From an uncultured Chloroflexia bacterium (lineage in GTDB: Bacteria > Chloroflexota > Limnocylindria > QHBO01), in NCBI GenBank assembly GCA_963840145.1, contig CAWIXR010000002.1, positions 325,666 through 389,665 on the forward strand: a stretch of DNA of 64,000 nucleotides, written 5' to 3'. Of this stretch, positions 18,925 to 28,809 are shown piece after piece. Below the pieces are notes generated by a model. That model ran no database searches. It was given only the letters and a program-made list of their open reading frames with translations, and was not told the origin of the DNA. The stretch's first letter is position 1, and the number at the start of each line of letters is the position of its first letter. Position numbers and translations under genes: made by a program.

Positions 18925-19839
18925 CTAGGCGCGGAAGATCCGGAGGGCCGCTGGACGCAGCTCGAACGTCACCGGCGTGGTGCCGATGCTGACGCCGTCG
19001 GCATGGGCGAGCAGCGGCCGCCTGGTGCCCTCGATCGTCACCCGCGCCGCCCGATAGCCGCTGATCCGCGGCTCGCGCCGTGGCCGCCTGCGCGCGACCG
19101 CCAGGAAGTGGCGCAGGACTTCGAGGCGGCTCATGCCGCGGAACACGGCGACGTCGAGCAGGCCGTCGGTCGGGTCGGCATCGGCGGAGATGGCGAAGCC
19201 GGGGCCGTGGTACGGGCCGTTGCTGACGGTCACGCTGGGCGACCCGGTTCGATAGGCTCGCCCGTCGATCGTCACCCGCATCGGCGTGCGGCGCCTCCGC
19301 AGGGCGCGCCAGAGGGCGCGGATCGCGGACCACCACCCGCGGTTCTCGGCGATCTCGATCGTCAGGAACCCGATCGCGTCGATCCCCACGCCGGCGGCCT
19401 CGAAGAACGGGATGCCACCTTCGTCGCGCACGACCCAGCCGCAGTCGATCGCACCGCTGCGGCCCTCCACGATCACGTCGAGCGCATCGTCTAGCGTGTC
19501 GGGCACACCGGAGCCGCGCGCGATGTTGTTGAAGCTGCCGAGCGCCAGGATGCCTAGGGTCGCCTCCGGGTGACCGACCAGCGCCGCGGCGACCTGCGAC
19601 ACCGTTCCGTCGCCACCGCCGACCACGATGTCGTGATCCGCCGCCGCGTTGCGAGCCAGCTCGGCGGCATCGTCCTGCTCGGCAAGCACATGGAGCTCGA
19701 CGTCGAGCCCGCGGCCGCGAAGGGCGGCCGCCAACGCCTCCGGCCGGAGCCGCTCGGGGTCGTCGTCGAGCCCCGGCCCGGAGCCCGGCCTGCCCCCGGC
19801 GGTCGGGTTGACGAGGAGCAGGATCGGCCGCCGCGTCAC
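18925..19839 (-). CDS. Diacylglycerol/lipid kinase family protein
   Basis: VNPTAG, GGGDGT, LGSFNNIAR, DGLLDV. Confidence 0.88.
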   Translation of the reverse strand: MTRRPILLLVNPTAGGRPGSGPGLDDDPERLRPEALAAALRGRGLDVELHVLAEQDDAAELARNAAADHDIVVGGGDGTVSQVAAALVGHPEATLGILALGSFNNIARGSGVPDTLDDALDVIVEGRSGAIDCGWVVRDEGGIPFFEAAGVGIDAIGFLTIEIAENRGWWSAIRALWRALRRRRTPMRVTIDGRAYRTGSPSVTVSNGPYHGPGFAISADADPTDGLLDVAVFRGMSRLEVLRHFLAVARRRPRREPRISGYRAARVTIEGTRRPLLAHADGVSIGTTPVTFELRPAALRIFRA

Positions 19840-20180
19840 CGGTCGTCCCGGCCGTAGGCCTGGAACGTTCCGTCGCCGCACTCGAGCACGAAGTTGTCCG
19901 GCAGGGGGGCAGCGCTGGCCGTCGGCACCTCAGCCGGGTCGACCCACACGGTCCACGACGCGAACCCGACCGTCGTCCGGAACCCCGGCTCCAGCGGGTC
20001 GTCGACGCCCTCGAGGCTCGGGCTGGCGGCAGGCGAGCCGATCGCCGAGAAGGCGCCATCGGTGTAGTCCAGGTCGGCCGGGCAGCCCGTCGGCGGCCCC
20101 GCACGCCAGATCGCAATCAGTCCCACAAGGACGAAGACACAAGCAGCCAGCGTGCCGCAGCCGATCGCCCGCCAGTTCAC
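19836..20180 (-). CDS. Hypothetical exported protein
   Basis: N-terminal TM; translationally coupled on both sides. Confidence 0.55.
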   Translation of the reverse strand: MNWRAIGCGTLAACVFVLVGLIAIWRAGPPTGCPADLDYTDGAFSAIGSPAASPSLEGVDDPLEPGFRTTVGFASWTVWVDPAEVPTASAAPLPDNFVLECGDGTFQAYGRDDR

Positions 20181-20461
20181 GGACGAACGATCCCGAACCC
20201 GTCGTACTCGCCGCTTGCCGGCTCGCGACGACGGTCGACGGCGTCGACGAGCGCTCCGGGCGGGCCGCGCCGGATGAGCCGCTCGAGCTCGTCGAGCGCG
20301 TCGGGCGCGCCCTCGGCAACGAGGTCGACGGCGCGATCGTCATCGGCGTTCATGACCCAGCCGCTCAGGCCGAGCGCAGCGGCATGGCGACGCACCCACC
20401 ACCGGAAGCCGACCCCCTGGACCCGGCCGGTGACCCGAGCCGTCAGCCGCTCACCCCTCAC
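20177..20461 (-). CDS. acyP: Acylphosphatase
   Basis: GRVQGVGFR, GWVMN motifs. Confidence 0.92.
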   Translation of the reverse strand: MRGERLTARVTGRVQGVGFRWWVRRHAAALGLSGWVMNADDDRAVDLVAEGAPDALDELERLIRRGPPGALVDAVDRRREPASGEYDGFGIVRP

Positions 20462-21558
20462 CGGTCCGCCTGCGGCCAGGTCAGCATCGCGACCTCGAGG
20501 GCCAGCCGCGGAGAGCCGTTCTCGCGCAGCCCGTCGTGGATGCGCTCGAGCTGCCGCACCATCGCGGCCATCGGCGCGGTACCGATACGTGTGCCGAGCC
20601 GCCCGATCTCCGGCGCCAGCTCACTGCCCGGCGCCAGCTGCGGACGGCCCGCGGCGGCGAGGAGCAGGTCGCGGGCGAGCGCCAGCCAGACCTCGGTTAC
20701 GAGCATCGCGGCGCCGCGCTGCGCGGACGGCGCGACCTTCGCCTCGCCCTCCGTCTCGACCGTGGCCGATGGCGGCGCCTCGAGCCGCGCCGCCTCGTCG
20801 AGAAGATCGGTGACCGCGGCGAACCGGTCGGCGCGGCCGCGGCCGAGCAGCGTCAGGAGCTCTGCCTGAACGCGGCGCCGCCAGTCGAGGATCTCGGGGC
20901 GGTCGGCGTAGCGCTCCGCCATCCCGCTCAGCCCGTTCGACAGCGTGGCGAGGGCCTCGGCCAGGTCGGCGGGCAGCGGGCGATGGTCCATGAGGTGCCG
21001 CACAAGATCGTCATGCGCCACCGGGCCGAGCCGCAGGGACTGGCAGCGCGAGCGGATCGTCGGCAGCAGCCGCGCCGCCTCGTCGGCGACGAGGATGAAG
21101 ACGTGCCGGCCGGTCGGCTCCTCGAGCACCTTGAGCAGCGCGTTCTGGGTCTGCTCGTTGGCCCGGTCGGCATGCTCGATCAGCACGACCCGCCGCTCGC
21201 CGGCGATCGGGGCCCCCGCCGCCTCGAGCAGCCAGTGTCGCGCGACGGCGACGATGCTCTCTCCCGTGGAGCGCGCCTCGCGCCATGCTTCGGGCGATCC
21301 GACCAGCAGGTCCGGGTGCGCGCGCGCCCTCGCGTCACGACAGCCGCGGCAGGCGTTGCAGGGCCGGTTGGCCGCGTCGGCATCGGCGCAGAAGGAGAGG
21401 GCGAGGAGGTCGTCGACGAACGCCCGCTTGCCGGAGCCGCGCGGGCCGTGGACGAGGAGCGTGCCGCCCGGCCGCCCGCCGCGCCCGGAGCGCAGCGCGA
21501 GCCGCCGTGCGGCCGGCTGCCCGACGCTCAGGAAGCCTGCCTCGGCCGTGTCGATCAT
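20458..21558 (-). CDS. holB: DNA polymerase III subunit delta'
   Basis: GPRGSGK, C..C..C Zn site, HPD, NALLKVLEEP, LPTIRSRC. Confidence 0.9.
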   Translation of the reverse strand: MIDTAEAGFLSVGQPAARRLALRSGRGGRPGGTLLVHGPRGSGKRAFVDDLLALSFCADADAANRPCNACRGCRDARARAHPDLLVGSPEAWREARSTGESIVAVARHWLLEAAGAPIAGERRVVLIEHADRANEQTQNALLKVLEEPTGRHVFILVADEAARLLPTIRSRCQSLRLGPVAHDDLVRHLMDHRPLPADLAEALATLSNGLSGMAERYADRPEILDWRRRVQAELLTLLGRGRADRFAAVTDLLDEAARLEAPPSATVETEGEAKVAPSAQRGAAMLVTEVWLALARDLLLAAAGRPQLAPGSELAPEIGRLGTRIGTAPMAAMVRQLERIHDGLRENGSPRLALEVAMLTWPQADR

Positions 21559-21623
21559 CGGTCCGAGTATAGGTTTCGCCTCGCCCGCCCACCCTGGCGG
21601 CGTCTGGCGATTTCTGCAGGCGG

Positions 21624-21638
21624 TGGCATACTTCGTGC
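21624..21638 (+). promoter_or_regulatory. Sigma54 (-24/-12) promoter candidate
   Basis: TGGCATACTTCGTGC: GG-N10-GC upstream of the YtxH gene. Confidence 0.55.
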
Positions 21639-21671
21639 ACCCCGAGCCGGGCCGAACCCAAGGAGGACACC

Positions 21672-22406
21672 ATGCCGACCGGAACGGCACGAACGGCAGA
21701 CGAGATCACCGATTCGATTCGCACGCTCGTCGACCGCGTCGCCGAAGCGAAGCTCACCCAGGAGCTGGCCCGGCGCGGCCATGATGTCGCCGACGAGGTC
21801 GGCTCGTTTGCGAACGAGACCTGGCGCGACACGCGGCCGATGCGTCGCGACGCGCGCAAGCAGTTTGAGCGCACCATGAAGGATGCGTCGAAGTGGACCG
21901 ACCGGACGTGGAAGCGCACGATTCGACCGGCGTTCAAGAACGTCTGGAAGCAGCGGAAGGTGGCGATCGGCGCGGCCGGTGCAGCAATCCCCGCCACGCA
22001 GGCCGTCATCGACGACACCGCGGTTCGCCTCGGCATCAAGCAGGAGCGGCGGCACTGGGGCGCCTTCTTCCTCGGCGTGCTGATCGGTGTCGCGGCCGGC
22101 GCGATCGTCGCGCTGCTGACGGCGCCGAAGCGCGGCAGCGAGATGCGCGACGAGATCGGCGCCCGCGCCGAGGAGCTCGCAACGAAGGCCAAGGACGAGT
22201 GGGTTCCGATCTTCCAGCGCGAGACGAACGGCGCCGGCGACACCATCCCCGGCGAGGCGACGGTCACCGAGGCCACCGCGTCGGTCGAGGAGTCGGCCAC
22301 CGAGGCCGGTGACGCGACCGGGGATGCCGCCGACCAGGCCGCGTCGGAGACGGCCGAGGCGATCAACGAAGCGTTCGACGCCGTCGATCGGGAGTCCTCA
22401 ACCTAG
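21672..22406 (+). CDS. YtxH domain-containing protein
   Basis: FFLGVLIGVAAGAIVALLTAPKRGSEMR; AGGAGG RBS. Confidence 0.82.
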   Translation: MPTGTARTADEITDSIRTLVDRVAEAKLTQELARRGHDVADEVGSFANETWRDTRPMRRDARKQFERTMKDASKWTDRTWKRTIRPAFKNVWKQRKVAIGAAGAAIPATQAVIDDTAVRLGIKQERRHWGAFFLGVLIGVAAGAIVALLTAPKRGSEMRDEIGARAEELATKAKDEWVPIFQRETNGAGDTIPGEATVTEATASVEESATEAGDATGDAADQAASETAEAINEAFDAVDRESST

Positions 22407-22424
22407 CAGCTCGACCGAATCGCA

Positions 22425-22451
22425 AAGAGCCGGCCCACCGGGCCGGCTCTT
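22425..22451. terminator. Bidirectional intrinsic terminator
   Basis: AAGAGCCGGCCC-ACC-GGGCCGGCTCTT between convergent genes. Confidence 0.75.
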
Positions 22452-22473
22452 CTGTGTCGGCTGGTCGTCTGGA

Positions 22474-23847
22474 TCAGCTGGTCGTCGTCGGCCGCGACGG
22501 CCGCGCCGATCGGAAGCGGCCCCAGATCCCCTGCGGCTCGTCGCCGTCTGCGGTTGCCTCGGAGCTGGTGGCGGAGGCAACGCCCTCGGCACCGGCCGCA
22601 TCGGCCGCGGGCTTGGCCGTCGAGCGTCGCGAGCGCGACTTCGGCTTCTCGTCCGTATCGGCGGCCTTCGTCGTCGAGCGGGTGCGGCGCTTCGGCTTCT
22701 CCTCGGCTTCGGCCGGTGCCTCCGCATCGGCGGCGGGCTTGGCGGTAGAGCGTCGCGAGCGCGACTTCGGCTTCTCGTCCGTGTCGGCGGCCTTCGCCGT
22801 CGAGCGGGTGCGGCGCTTCGGCTTCTCCTCGGCCTCAGCCGGGGCGTCCGCGTCGGCGGGCGCGAGCTGCGCCGGATCGATGCCGAGCTCGGCGAGGGTG
22901 GCCGCATCGGCCTCTTCGAAGGTGTACTCGCGGTCGCCCTCGGGCGCGTCGAGCTGGCTGAGGTCGTCGAACTCCTCCCAGCCGACCTCCTCGGCGCCGG
23001 TCGCTGCGGCCGGCGTCTCCTCGCGGCGCGACCTTCCTCGGCCACGGCCACCACGGCGCCGGCGCCGACGGCGGCTCTCCTCGGTGGAGTCCGTTTCGGT
23101 GGTGGTGGCGGTGGCGACGGGGACCTTCTCGCCGGGCGGCTCGTCGGCCGGCGTCGCGGACGCGACCGCTGCCGGCGCTGCCGTGCGACGGCTCGTGCCC
23201 CGCGTGCGACGGCCGTTGCCGGTGCTGGCGGGGGTGCCGGTCTTGAGGGCGGCGAGCGCCGCGGCGGCCACCGATGGTGAGGCCTCGCGGAAGCCGAACT
23301 CGGGAGTGACCTCCTTGGCCGGCATCTCGGGCGCGCTCATGCCGGCGTCGCGGATGGCGCGACCCTCCTTCCGGCTGATGGAGGCGACCTTCATGATGTC
23401 CATGAACTCATCGGCGACGGCAATGAGGTCGGACGAGGTGTTGGGCTTGAAGCTGATGACCTCGGCGCGCACTCCCTTGTCCTGGAGGGCGCGGATGGCC
23501 GGGGCGAAGTCACCGTCGCCGGACACGATCACGGCGATGTCCATCCGATCGGCGAGGCGGAACAGGTCGACGACCAGCTCGATGTCGAGGTTGGCCTTCA
23601 TGCGTCCATCGCCGAACTTGCGGATGTCCTTGACCACCGGCTTGTAGCCGTTCTTGGCCAGGAAGTCGATGAACTTGCGCTGGTTCTCGTTTTCCGGGTC
23701 GAGCCCGGTATAGGCATAGGCGCGAATGAGGTCGCGCCCCTTGGTCGCGTGCTTGAGCAGGGCGACGTAGTCGACGTCGACATCCTGGCCTCGAGCCGCG
23801 TAGTAAAGGTTGGCGACGTCAACGAACATCGCCACGTTCTTGCTCAC
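22474..23847 (-). CDS. NYN domain (LabA/DUF88) protein with long disordered tail
   Basis: FVDVANL, KANLDIELVVD, VSGDGDFAP, L...ADEF; Arg-rich and repeated C-terminus. Confidence 0.88.
   Translation of the reverse strand: MSKNVAMFVDVANLYYAARGQDVDVDYVALLKHATKGRDLIRAYAYTGLDPENENQRKFIDFLAKNGYKPVVKDIRKFGDGRMKANLDIELVVDLFRLADRMDIAVIVSGDGDFAPAIRALQDKGVRAEVISFKPNTSSDLIAVADEFMDIMKVASISRKEGRAIRDAGMSAPEMPAKEVTPEFGFREASPSVAAAALAALKTGTPASTGNGRRTRGTSRRTAAPAAVASATPADEPPGEKVPVATATTTETDSTEESRRRRRRRGGRGRGRSRREETPAAATGAEEVGWEEFDDLSQLDAPEGDREYTFEEADAATLAELGIDPAQLAPADADAPAEAEEKPKRRTRSTAKAADTDEKPKSRSRRSTAKPAADAEAPAEAEEKPKRRTRSTTKAADTDEKPKSRSRRSTAKPAADAAGAEGVASATSSEATADGDEPQGIWGRFRSARPSRPTTTS
22600..22855 (-). repeat. 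Intragenic tandem duplication, 2 x 126 bp (42 aa)
   Basis: AEAEEKPKRRTRST(A/T)KAADTDEKPKSRSRRSTAKPAADA occurs twice; units offset by 126 bp. Confidence 0.85.
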
Positions 23848-23897
23848 GGTTGAGCTCTTCTCCTGTGGTGTTTGATATGGCCGATGCGGGCGGAGTC

Positions 23898-24338
23898 TCA
23901 GCCGATCTGACGGCCGAGCGTGCGGCCGCGGCTCGCGAACCCCAGTCGCTTCCAACGCGACGGTTCTGCGGATGCCAGCGGCTCGGATACCTCCACCCGA
24001 GTACAGCCCTTATGTCTTGCCGATGTGGCGAGGTGCTCGACGATCGCGTCGCCGGCATGTCGCCGTTCGGCGGTGTCCAGCTCGCTTCCCGCGAGCCCCA
24101 GCTCGTCGATCACGCCGACGAAGGGACCCGATCGCACGGACGGCCGGATGCTCAGGACTCCCACGCCGACCACGCGACGTCCGGCCTCGGCGACGACGAT
24201 CGTCGCGGACGGGACATAGAGCAGGTTGCGCAGGAAGTCGGCGTCCTCGTGCCCTCCTCGATCGGCCCCGCCCTGCGCCACAAGGCGGATGGCGGCGTCG
24301 AGATCGGTCGGTCGGGCGCTGCGGACGTGAACCTCCAA
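23898..24338 (-). CDS. GNAT family N-acetyltransferase
   Basis: VRSARPTDL, IVVAE.GRRVVG, W.RLGF; TTG start uncertain. Confidence 0.65.
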   Translation of the reverse strand: MEVHVRSARPTDLDAAIRLVAQGGADRGGHEDADFLRNLLYVPSATIVVAEAGRRVVGVGVLSIRPSVRSGPFVGVIDELGLAGSELDTAERRHAGDAIVEHLATSARHKGCTRVEVSEPLASAEPSRWKRLGFASRGRTLGRQIG

Positions 24339-24582
24339 CAAAGGCCCCCCAAAAGGGGTACGGGCGTGCGACTCGCAGCGGGTGCTGCTGGACGACCCTT
24401 GGCAGGATACCACGCTTCGCCGGTTGAACCCCGAGGGCGGCATCGCAGTAGAGGTTCACACGTGCGGTGCGAATCTATTGCGTCGCGTCACCGGGCGCCG
24501 CTATGATGCCGCGCACCTTGATACGCCGGGCCCGCGCATGCGCGATGCACCCGAGCGAACCCAGTGGAGGAAGAGAAACCGG

Positions 24583-25881
24583 ATGCAGAAGTACATGCGA
24601 TGGAGCGCGATCCTTGTCGCGCTCATGCTCGCCCTCGCGGCGTGTACCCCGGATGACGGCGGTGCCACCGATGAAGGGGAGCCGACCGACGGAGGGGAAG
24701 CGACCGATGGTGGCGGCGAAGATCCGACCGCCGCCTGCGAAGGCGACGCCTTTGGCTGCGTGGAGGTCGCCGATGGCGACGCCATCCTGCTAGGGACGGC
24801 GCTGTCGATCACGGGTGACACGGCCCCGCTGGGCCTCGACAGCCAGTACGGTGCTCAGGTCCGCGCCGACGAGCAGAATGAGGCCGGAGGGGTCCTGGGG
24901 CACGAGCTCGAGTTTGTGCACGAGGACGCGGGCTGCGGCGACGCAGCGACCGGTCAGACGGCCGCTCAGGCGCTCGTGGCCAACGACAACCTGCTGGCAG
25001 TCATGGGTACGACCTGCTCGCGCACCGCGGTCCCGGCCGCGCCGGTGCTCGGCGAACTTGGGATCCCGCTGATCTCCTCGTCGAACACGAGCCCGACCCT
25101 GACCGATCCGGAGAACGAGGAGTACGCCGGCGAGTTCTTTCTCCGCACGGCGCACAACGACCTGATCCAGGGCGCTGCGATGGCGACCTTCGCCTGTGAG
25201 CAGGGCTTCGCGACGGCCGCGACCATCCACGATGGCAGCACCTACGCGGACAACCTCCGCGCTGTCTTCGAGGAGGAGTTCGCCGCTCAGTGCGGTGGCG
25301 AGATCGTCGCACAGGAGGCAGTCGCCGTCGGCGACGTCGAGTTCTCGAACGTCCTCGGCCCGATCGCGGATGCCGCGCCGGACCTGCTGTACTACCCGGT
25401 CTTCCACCCTGAGGGCACGTTCATCACCCAGCAGGCCCGGGAGATCGCTGAGCTGGACAGCACGCAGCTGGCCGCCTCGGATGGCCTGCTCGGTTCAGCG
25501 GACCTGACCAGCCAGGCGGGCGACGCAGCCGAGGGGATGGTCCTCTCCGGCCCGGCGTGTGCTGGCGAGGATTACGAGGCCAACTTCATCCCGGCCTACC
25601 AGGAACTGTCGGGCGAGGACGCCGTTCTCGCGCCGTTCCACTGCCATGCCTATGACGCCATCGGCATGATCATCGCTGCGATCGAGGACGTGGGAATCGA
25701 GGGAGACGACGGGACGCTGTATATCCCGCGCCAGGCCTTCCGCGACTCGCTCTACGCGACCAGTGGGTTCGAGGGGCTGACCGGCACCCTGACCTGTGAC
25801 GAGTTCGGTGACTGTGCCGATCCCGCCATCACGGTGTCGGAGATCCAGGGCGGCGAGTACGTCGTCATCTGGCCGGAGTAG
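24583..25881 (+). CDS. Branched-chain amino acid ABC transporter substrate-binding lipoprotein
   Basis: LAAC lipobox; GTTCS, SNTSPTLT, FLRTAHND..QG, YDA motifs. Confidence 0.9.
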   Translation: MQKYMRWSAILVALMLALAACTPDDGGATDEGEPTDGGEATDGGGEDPTAACEGDAFGCVEVADGDAILLGTALSITGDTAPLGLDSQYGAQVRADEQNEAGGVLGHELEFVHEDAGCGDAATGQTAAQALVANDNLLAVMGTTCSRTAVPAAPVLGELGIPLISSSNTSPTLTDPENEEYAGEFFLRTAHNDLIQGAAMATFACEQGFATAATIHDGSTYADNLRAVFEEEFAAQCGGEIVAQEAVAVGDVEFSNVLGPIADAAPDLLYYPVFHPEGTFITQQAREIAELDSTQLAASDGLLGSADLTSQAGDAAEGMVLSGPACAGEDYEANFIPAYQELSGEDAVLAPFHCHAYDAIGMIIAAIEDVGIEGDDGTLYIPRQAFRDSLYATSGFEGLTGTLTCDEFGDCADPAITVSEIQGGEYVVIWPE

Positions 25882-25906
25882 CGGTCCGGACGTTCGGACG
25901 TTGAAT

Positions 25907-25938
25907 ACGGAGGTGGGCCCGACAGGGCTCACCTCCGT
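25907..25938 (+). other. Intercistronic stem-loop (mRNA-stabilising) after the binding-protein gene
   Basis: ACGGAGGTGGGCCC-GACA-GGGCTCACCTCCGT. Confidence 0.6.
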
Positions 25939-25964
25939 TCTCTTAAGGAGCGGAGGAGCGCAGA

Positions 25965-27017
25965 GTGCTGCGAAGACCTGAGCGCCTCACGCTGGTCGGG
26001 ATCACGATGTGGGCGCTGGCCATCGGGGTCATCGTCTTTGTCGTGGCCGGCACCTACGCGACCCTGTCGTCCGGTGAGATCAGCGGCACGACCTGGACAC
26101 GGCTCGTCGTCGCGGGCCTCAGCACGGGCGCGATCTACGCGCTCATCGCGCTCGGCTACACGCTCGTCTACGGCGTGCTGCTCATGATCAACTTCGCCCA
26201 CGGCGAGGTCTTCATGCTCGGCGCATTCGGGGGGATGTTCGCGGCGGACGCGCTGCTAGGCCCCGAGGGGCAGCTGGTCGACCAGCCCATCCTCGGGCTC
26301 CTCGTCGTCTTCCTGGTGGCGATGGCCACCTCGATGCTCGTGGCCATCATTCTCGAGCGTGTCGCCTATCGGCCGCTGCGAGGCGCGCCACGGCTCGTCC
26401 CGCTGATCACGGCCATCGGCGCCTCGCTCTTCCTCCAGTACACCGCGTTCGGGATGTTCGGCTCGCGGACGCAGCGCTATCCGAGCGTCGACATCCTCGA
26501 GGGCCGGGTGACCCTCTTCGGCCTCGAGTTCGCGACCATCCAGGTCGTGACGATCGTCTCCGCGATCGTGCTCATGGGGATCCTCTACTACGTCGTCGAG
26601 CGCACCCGGACCGGGCGCTCGATGCGTGCGGTCAGCGAGGACAAGGACGTGGCCTCGCTCATGGGCATCGACGTCGATCGCACCATCGTCACCACCTTCA
26701 TCATCGGCGGCATCCTTGCCGGCGCCGCGGCGGTGCTCTACTCGTTCCTGTTCCTGAGCGTTGACTTCGGGATGGGTGTCCTCCCCGGCATCAAGGCATT
26801 CACCGCCGCCGTGCTCGGCGGCATCGGCAGCGTCACCGGCGCGATGGTCGGCGGCGTGGTCATCGGCGTGCTCGAGACGGTTGCCCCGACGCTCGTCCTG
26901 ACCGGCTTCGGCGTCCCGTCGCCGGCACAGCTGAGCGACGTCGTCGCGTTCGGCGTCCTCGTCCTGGTTCTCATTGTCCGTCCGACCGGGCTCTTCGGTC
27001 GCAGAGAGAACGTCTGA
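25965..27017 (+). CDS. livH: Branched-chain amino acid ABC permease
   Basis: GAIYALIALGYTLVYG...INFAHGE; KAFTAAVLGGIGS. Confidence 0.92.
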   Translation: MLRRPERLTLVGITMWALAIGVIVFVVAGTYATLSSGEISGTTWTRLVVAGLSTGAIYALIALGYTLVYGVLLMINFAHGEVFMLGAFGGMFAADALLGPEGQLVDQPILGLLVVFLVAMATSMLVAIILERVAYRPLRGAPRLVPLITAIGASLFLQYTAFGMFGSRTQRYPSVDILEGRVTLFGLEFATIQVVTIVSAIVLMGILYYVVERTRTGRSMRAVSEDKDVASLMGIDVDRTIVTTFIIGGILAGAAAVLYSFLFLSVDFGMGVLPGIKAFTAAVLGGIGSVTGAMVGGVVIGVLETVAPTLVLTGFGVPSPAQLSDVVAFGVLVLVLIVRPTGLFGRRENV

Positions 27018-27018
27018 C

Positions 27019-28809
27019 ATGGCGAGCGAGACGCGCACAGCGTACGGGCCAGCCGCTTTCGCCGGTGTGATCGCCGCGACCGGGATGATCTACCTGGCGA
27101 CGGTTGGGCTGGTCGGCACGTTCGCAGAGCGGCCGATCGTCGCCGGCATCGGCGCTGAGGGAGTGGGCGTGGTCACGCTCGGCCGGCTGATGCTCCTCGG
27201 CGTCCCGTTCATCACCGCCCTCGTGATCGGGGCGCGCGGCCGCGCGGCCGGAACCGCGTCGGCCGGCTCGCTCGTCGGCGCCGCGGCACTGTGCGGAGCG
27301 GTCGCGGGTGCGATGTTCGGCGCCTTCCTCATCCTGATCACCGCCGTCGATCTCAGCGGCATCTTCATCCCGTTGACCGCTGCCCTCGCGGAGTTCCTCG
27401 CCTACGGTCAGGAGCCGATTGTCGGCGCGGCCATCTGGCTCGGCCTTGCCACGGTCAGCGCGCTCCTGGCCGGGCTCCTGGAGCTGCTCGCCGCGCGCGA
27501 CCGGCGCGCGATTCTGGCCGCCATCGGGATCGTGATCCTCACCGCGCTCCTCGAACCGATCATCGAGCCGATCCTGGGCCAGCTGGAGCTCGACGCGATC
27601 AACGACTTCCTGTTCGCCGAGGGCGGGCTGACGCCGGCCGCGGCCGCCCTGATCGCCGGCGGCGTGCTCGCCTACATCTGGGCGACGTCGAGCCCTGCGA
27701 GTCCGGTCCATCGGCAGCTGGAGGGGATGTCCGACCAGCGCCGGCGTCAGCTGCGGTACGCGGGCCTCGTCGTCGGCATCCTCGCCGTCCTTGCCATCCC
27801 GCTGGTGGCGACCGGCTTCGTGAGCCTGGTTCTGTTCAACGTCGGGCTGTATCTGATGCTGGCTCTCGGCCTCAACATCGTGGTCGGCTATGCCGGCCTT
27901 CTGGACCTCGGCTACGTCGCCTTCTTCGCTGTCGGCGCGTACACGATGGGCCTGCTGACAGCACCGAGCTCGGCGCTGAGCGGACCGATGTCGACGTTCG
28001 GCCCGGAGTGGGCGTTCTGGCTGGCCCTCCCGTTCGTGCTGCTCGCCGCGGCCCTCGTCGGGATCCTGATCGGGGCCCCGGTACTCCGGCTCAGAGGCGA
28101 CTATCTCGCCATCGTCACGCTCGGCTTCGGCGAGATCGCCCGGGTCCTCGTTGAGTCGGACGCGCTGCGCTCCGTGCTCGGCGGGCCGAACGGCATCGTC
28201 GGCCTTCCCGGCCTGTACCTGCCGTTCATCGGCGAGCTGACGTCCCCGGCCGAGTACTACTACCCCGTTCTCTTCTTCTCGGCACTGGCCGCGTTCATCG
28301 CCTGGCGCCTGTCGCGCTCCCGAACCGGGCGCGCGTGGAACGCGATGCGAGAGGACGAGTCGGTGGCCGAGTCGACCGGCATCAACACCACGAACTACAA
28401 GCTGCTCGCGTTCGCGCTCGGCGGCACCCTCGGCGGCCTGGCCGGCGCCATCTACGCCGTGCAGCTGTCCACGGTCTTCCCCGGCGGCTTCACGCTCCTC
28501 GTCTCGATCACGGTGCTGGCGATCATCATCCTCGGCGGAATGGGCACGATCCGCGGCGTGATCGCGGGCGCGCTCATCCTCGTCGGCCTGCCGGAGGCGC
28601 TGCGTGAGTTCGGCGAGTACCGCTTCCTCGTCTACGGCGCAGCGCTGGTGGCGATGATGATCCTGCGACCCGAAGGCCTGTTCCCGAGCCGAACGCGGCG
28701 CGAGGAGCTCCACGAGGACATCGAGTCGGGGCCGACCGTCGAGGGTGAGGCCGCCCAGCTGCCCGAGAGCGGCCCGAGCCCCGCTGCAACGGGAGCCACC
28801 GGATCATGA
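27019..28809 (+). CDS. livM: Branched-chain amino acid ABC permease with extra N-terminal TMs
   Basis: GLNIVVGYAGLLDLGYVAFF, LRLRGDYLAIVTLGFGEI. Confidence 0.92.
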   Translation: MASETRTAYGPAAFAGVIAATGMIYLATVGLVGTFAERPIVAGIGAEGVGVVTLGRLMLLGVPFITALVIGARGRAAGTASAGSLVGAAALCGAVAGAMFGAFLILITAVDLSGIFIPLTAALAEFLAYGQEPIVGAAIWLGLATVSALLAGLLELLAARDRRAILAAIGIVILTALLEPIIEPILGQLELDAINDFLFAEGGLTPAAAALIAGGVLAYIWATSSPASPVHRQLEGMSDQRRRQLRYAGLVVGILAVLAIPLVATGFVSLVLFNVGLYLMLALGLNIVVGYAGLLDLGYVAFFAVGAYTMGLLTAPSSALSGPMSTFGPEWAFWLALPFVLLAAALVGILIGAPVLRLRGDYLAIVTLGFGEIARVLVESDALRSVLGGPNGIVGLPGLYLPFIGELTSPAEYYYPVLFFSALAAFIAWRLSRSRTGRAWNAMREDESVAESTGINTTNYKLLAFALGGTLGGLAGAIYAVQLSTVFPGGFTLLVSITVLAIIILGGMGTIRGVIAGALILVGLPEALREFGEYRFLVYGAALVAMMILRPEGLFPSRTRREELHEDIESGPTVEGEAAQLPESGPSPAATGATGS

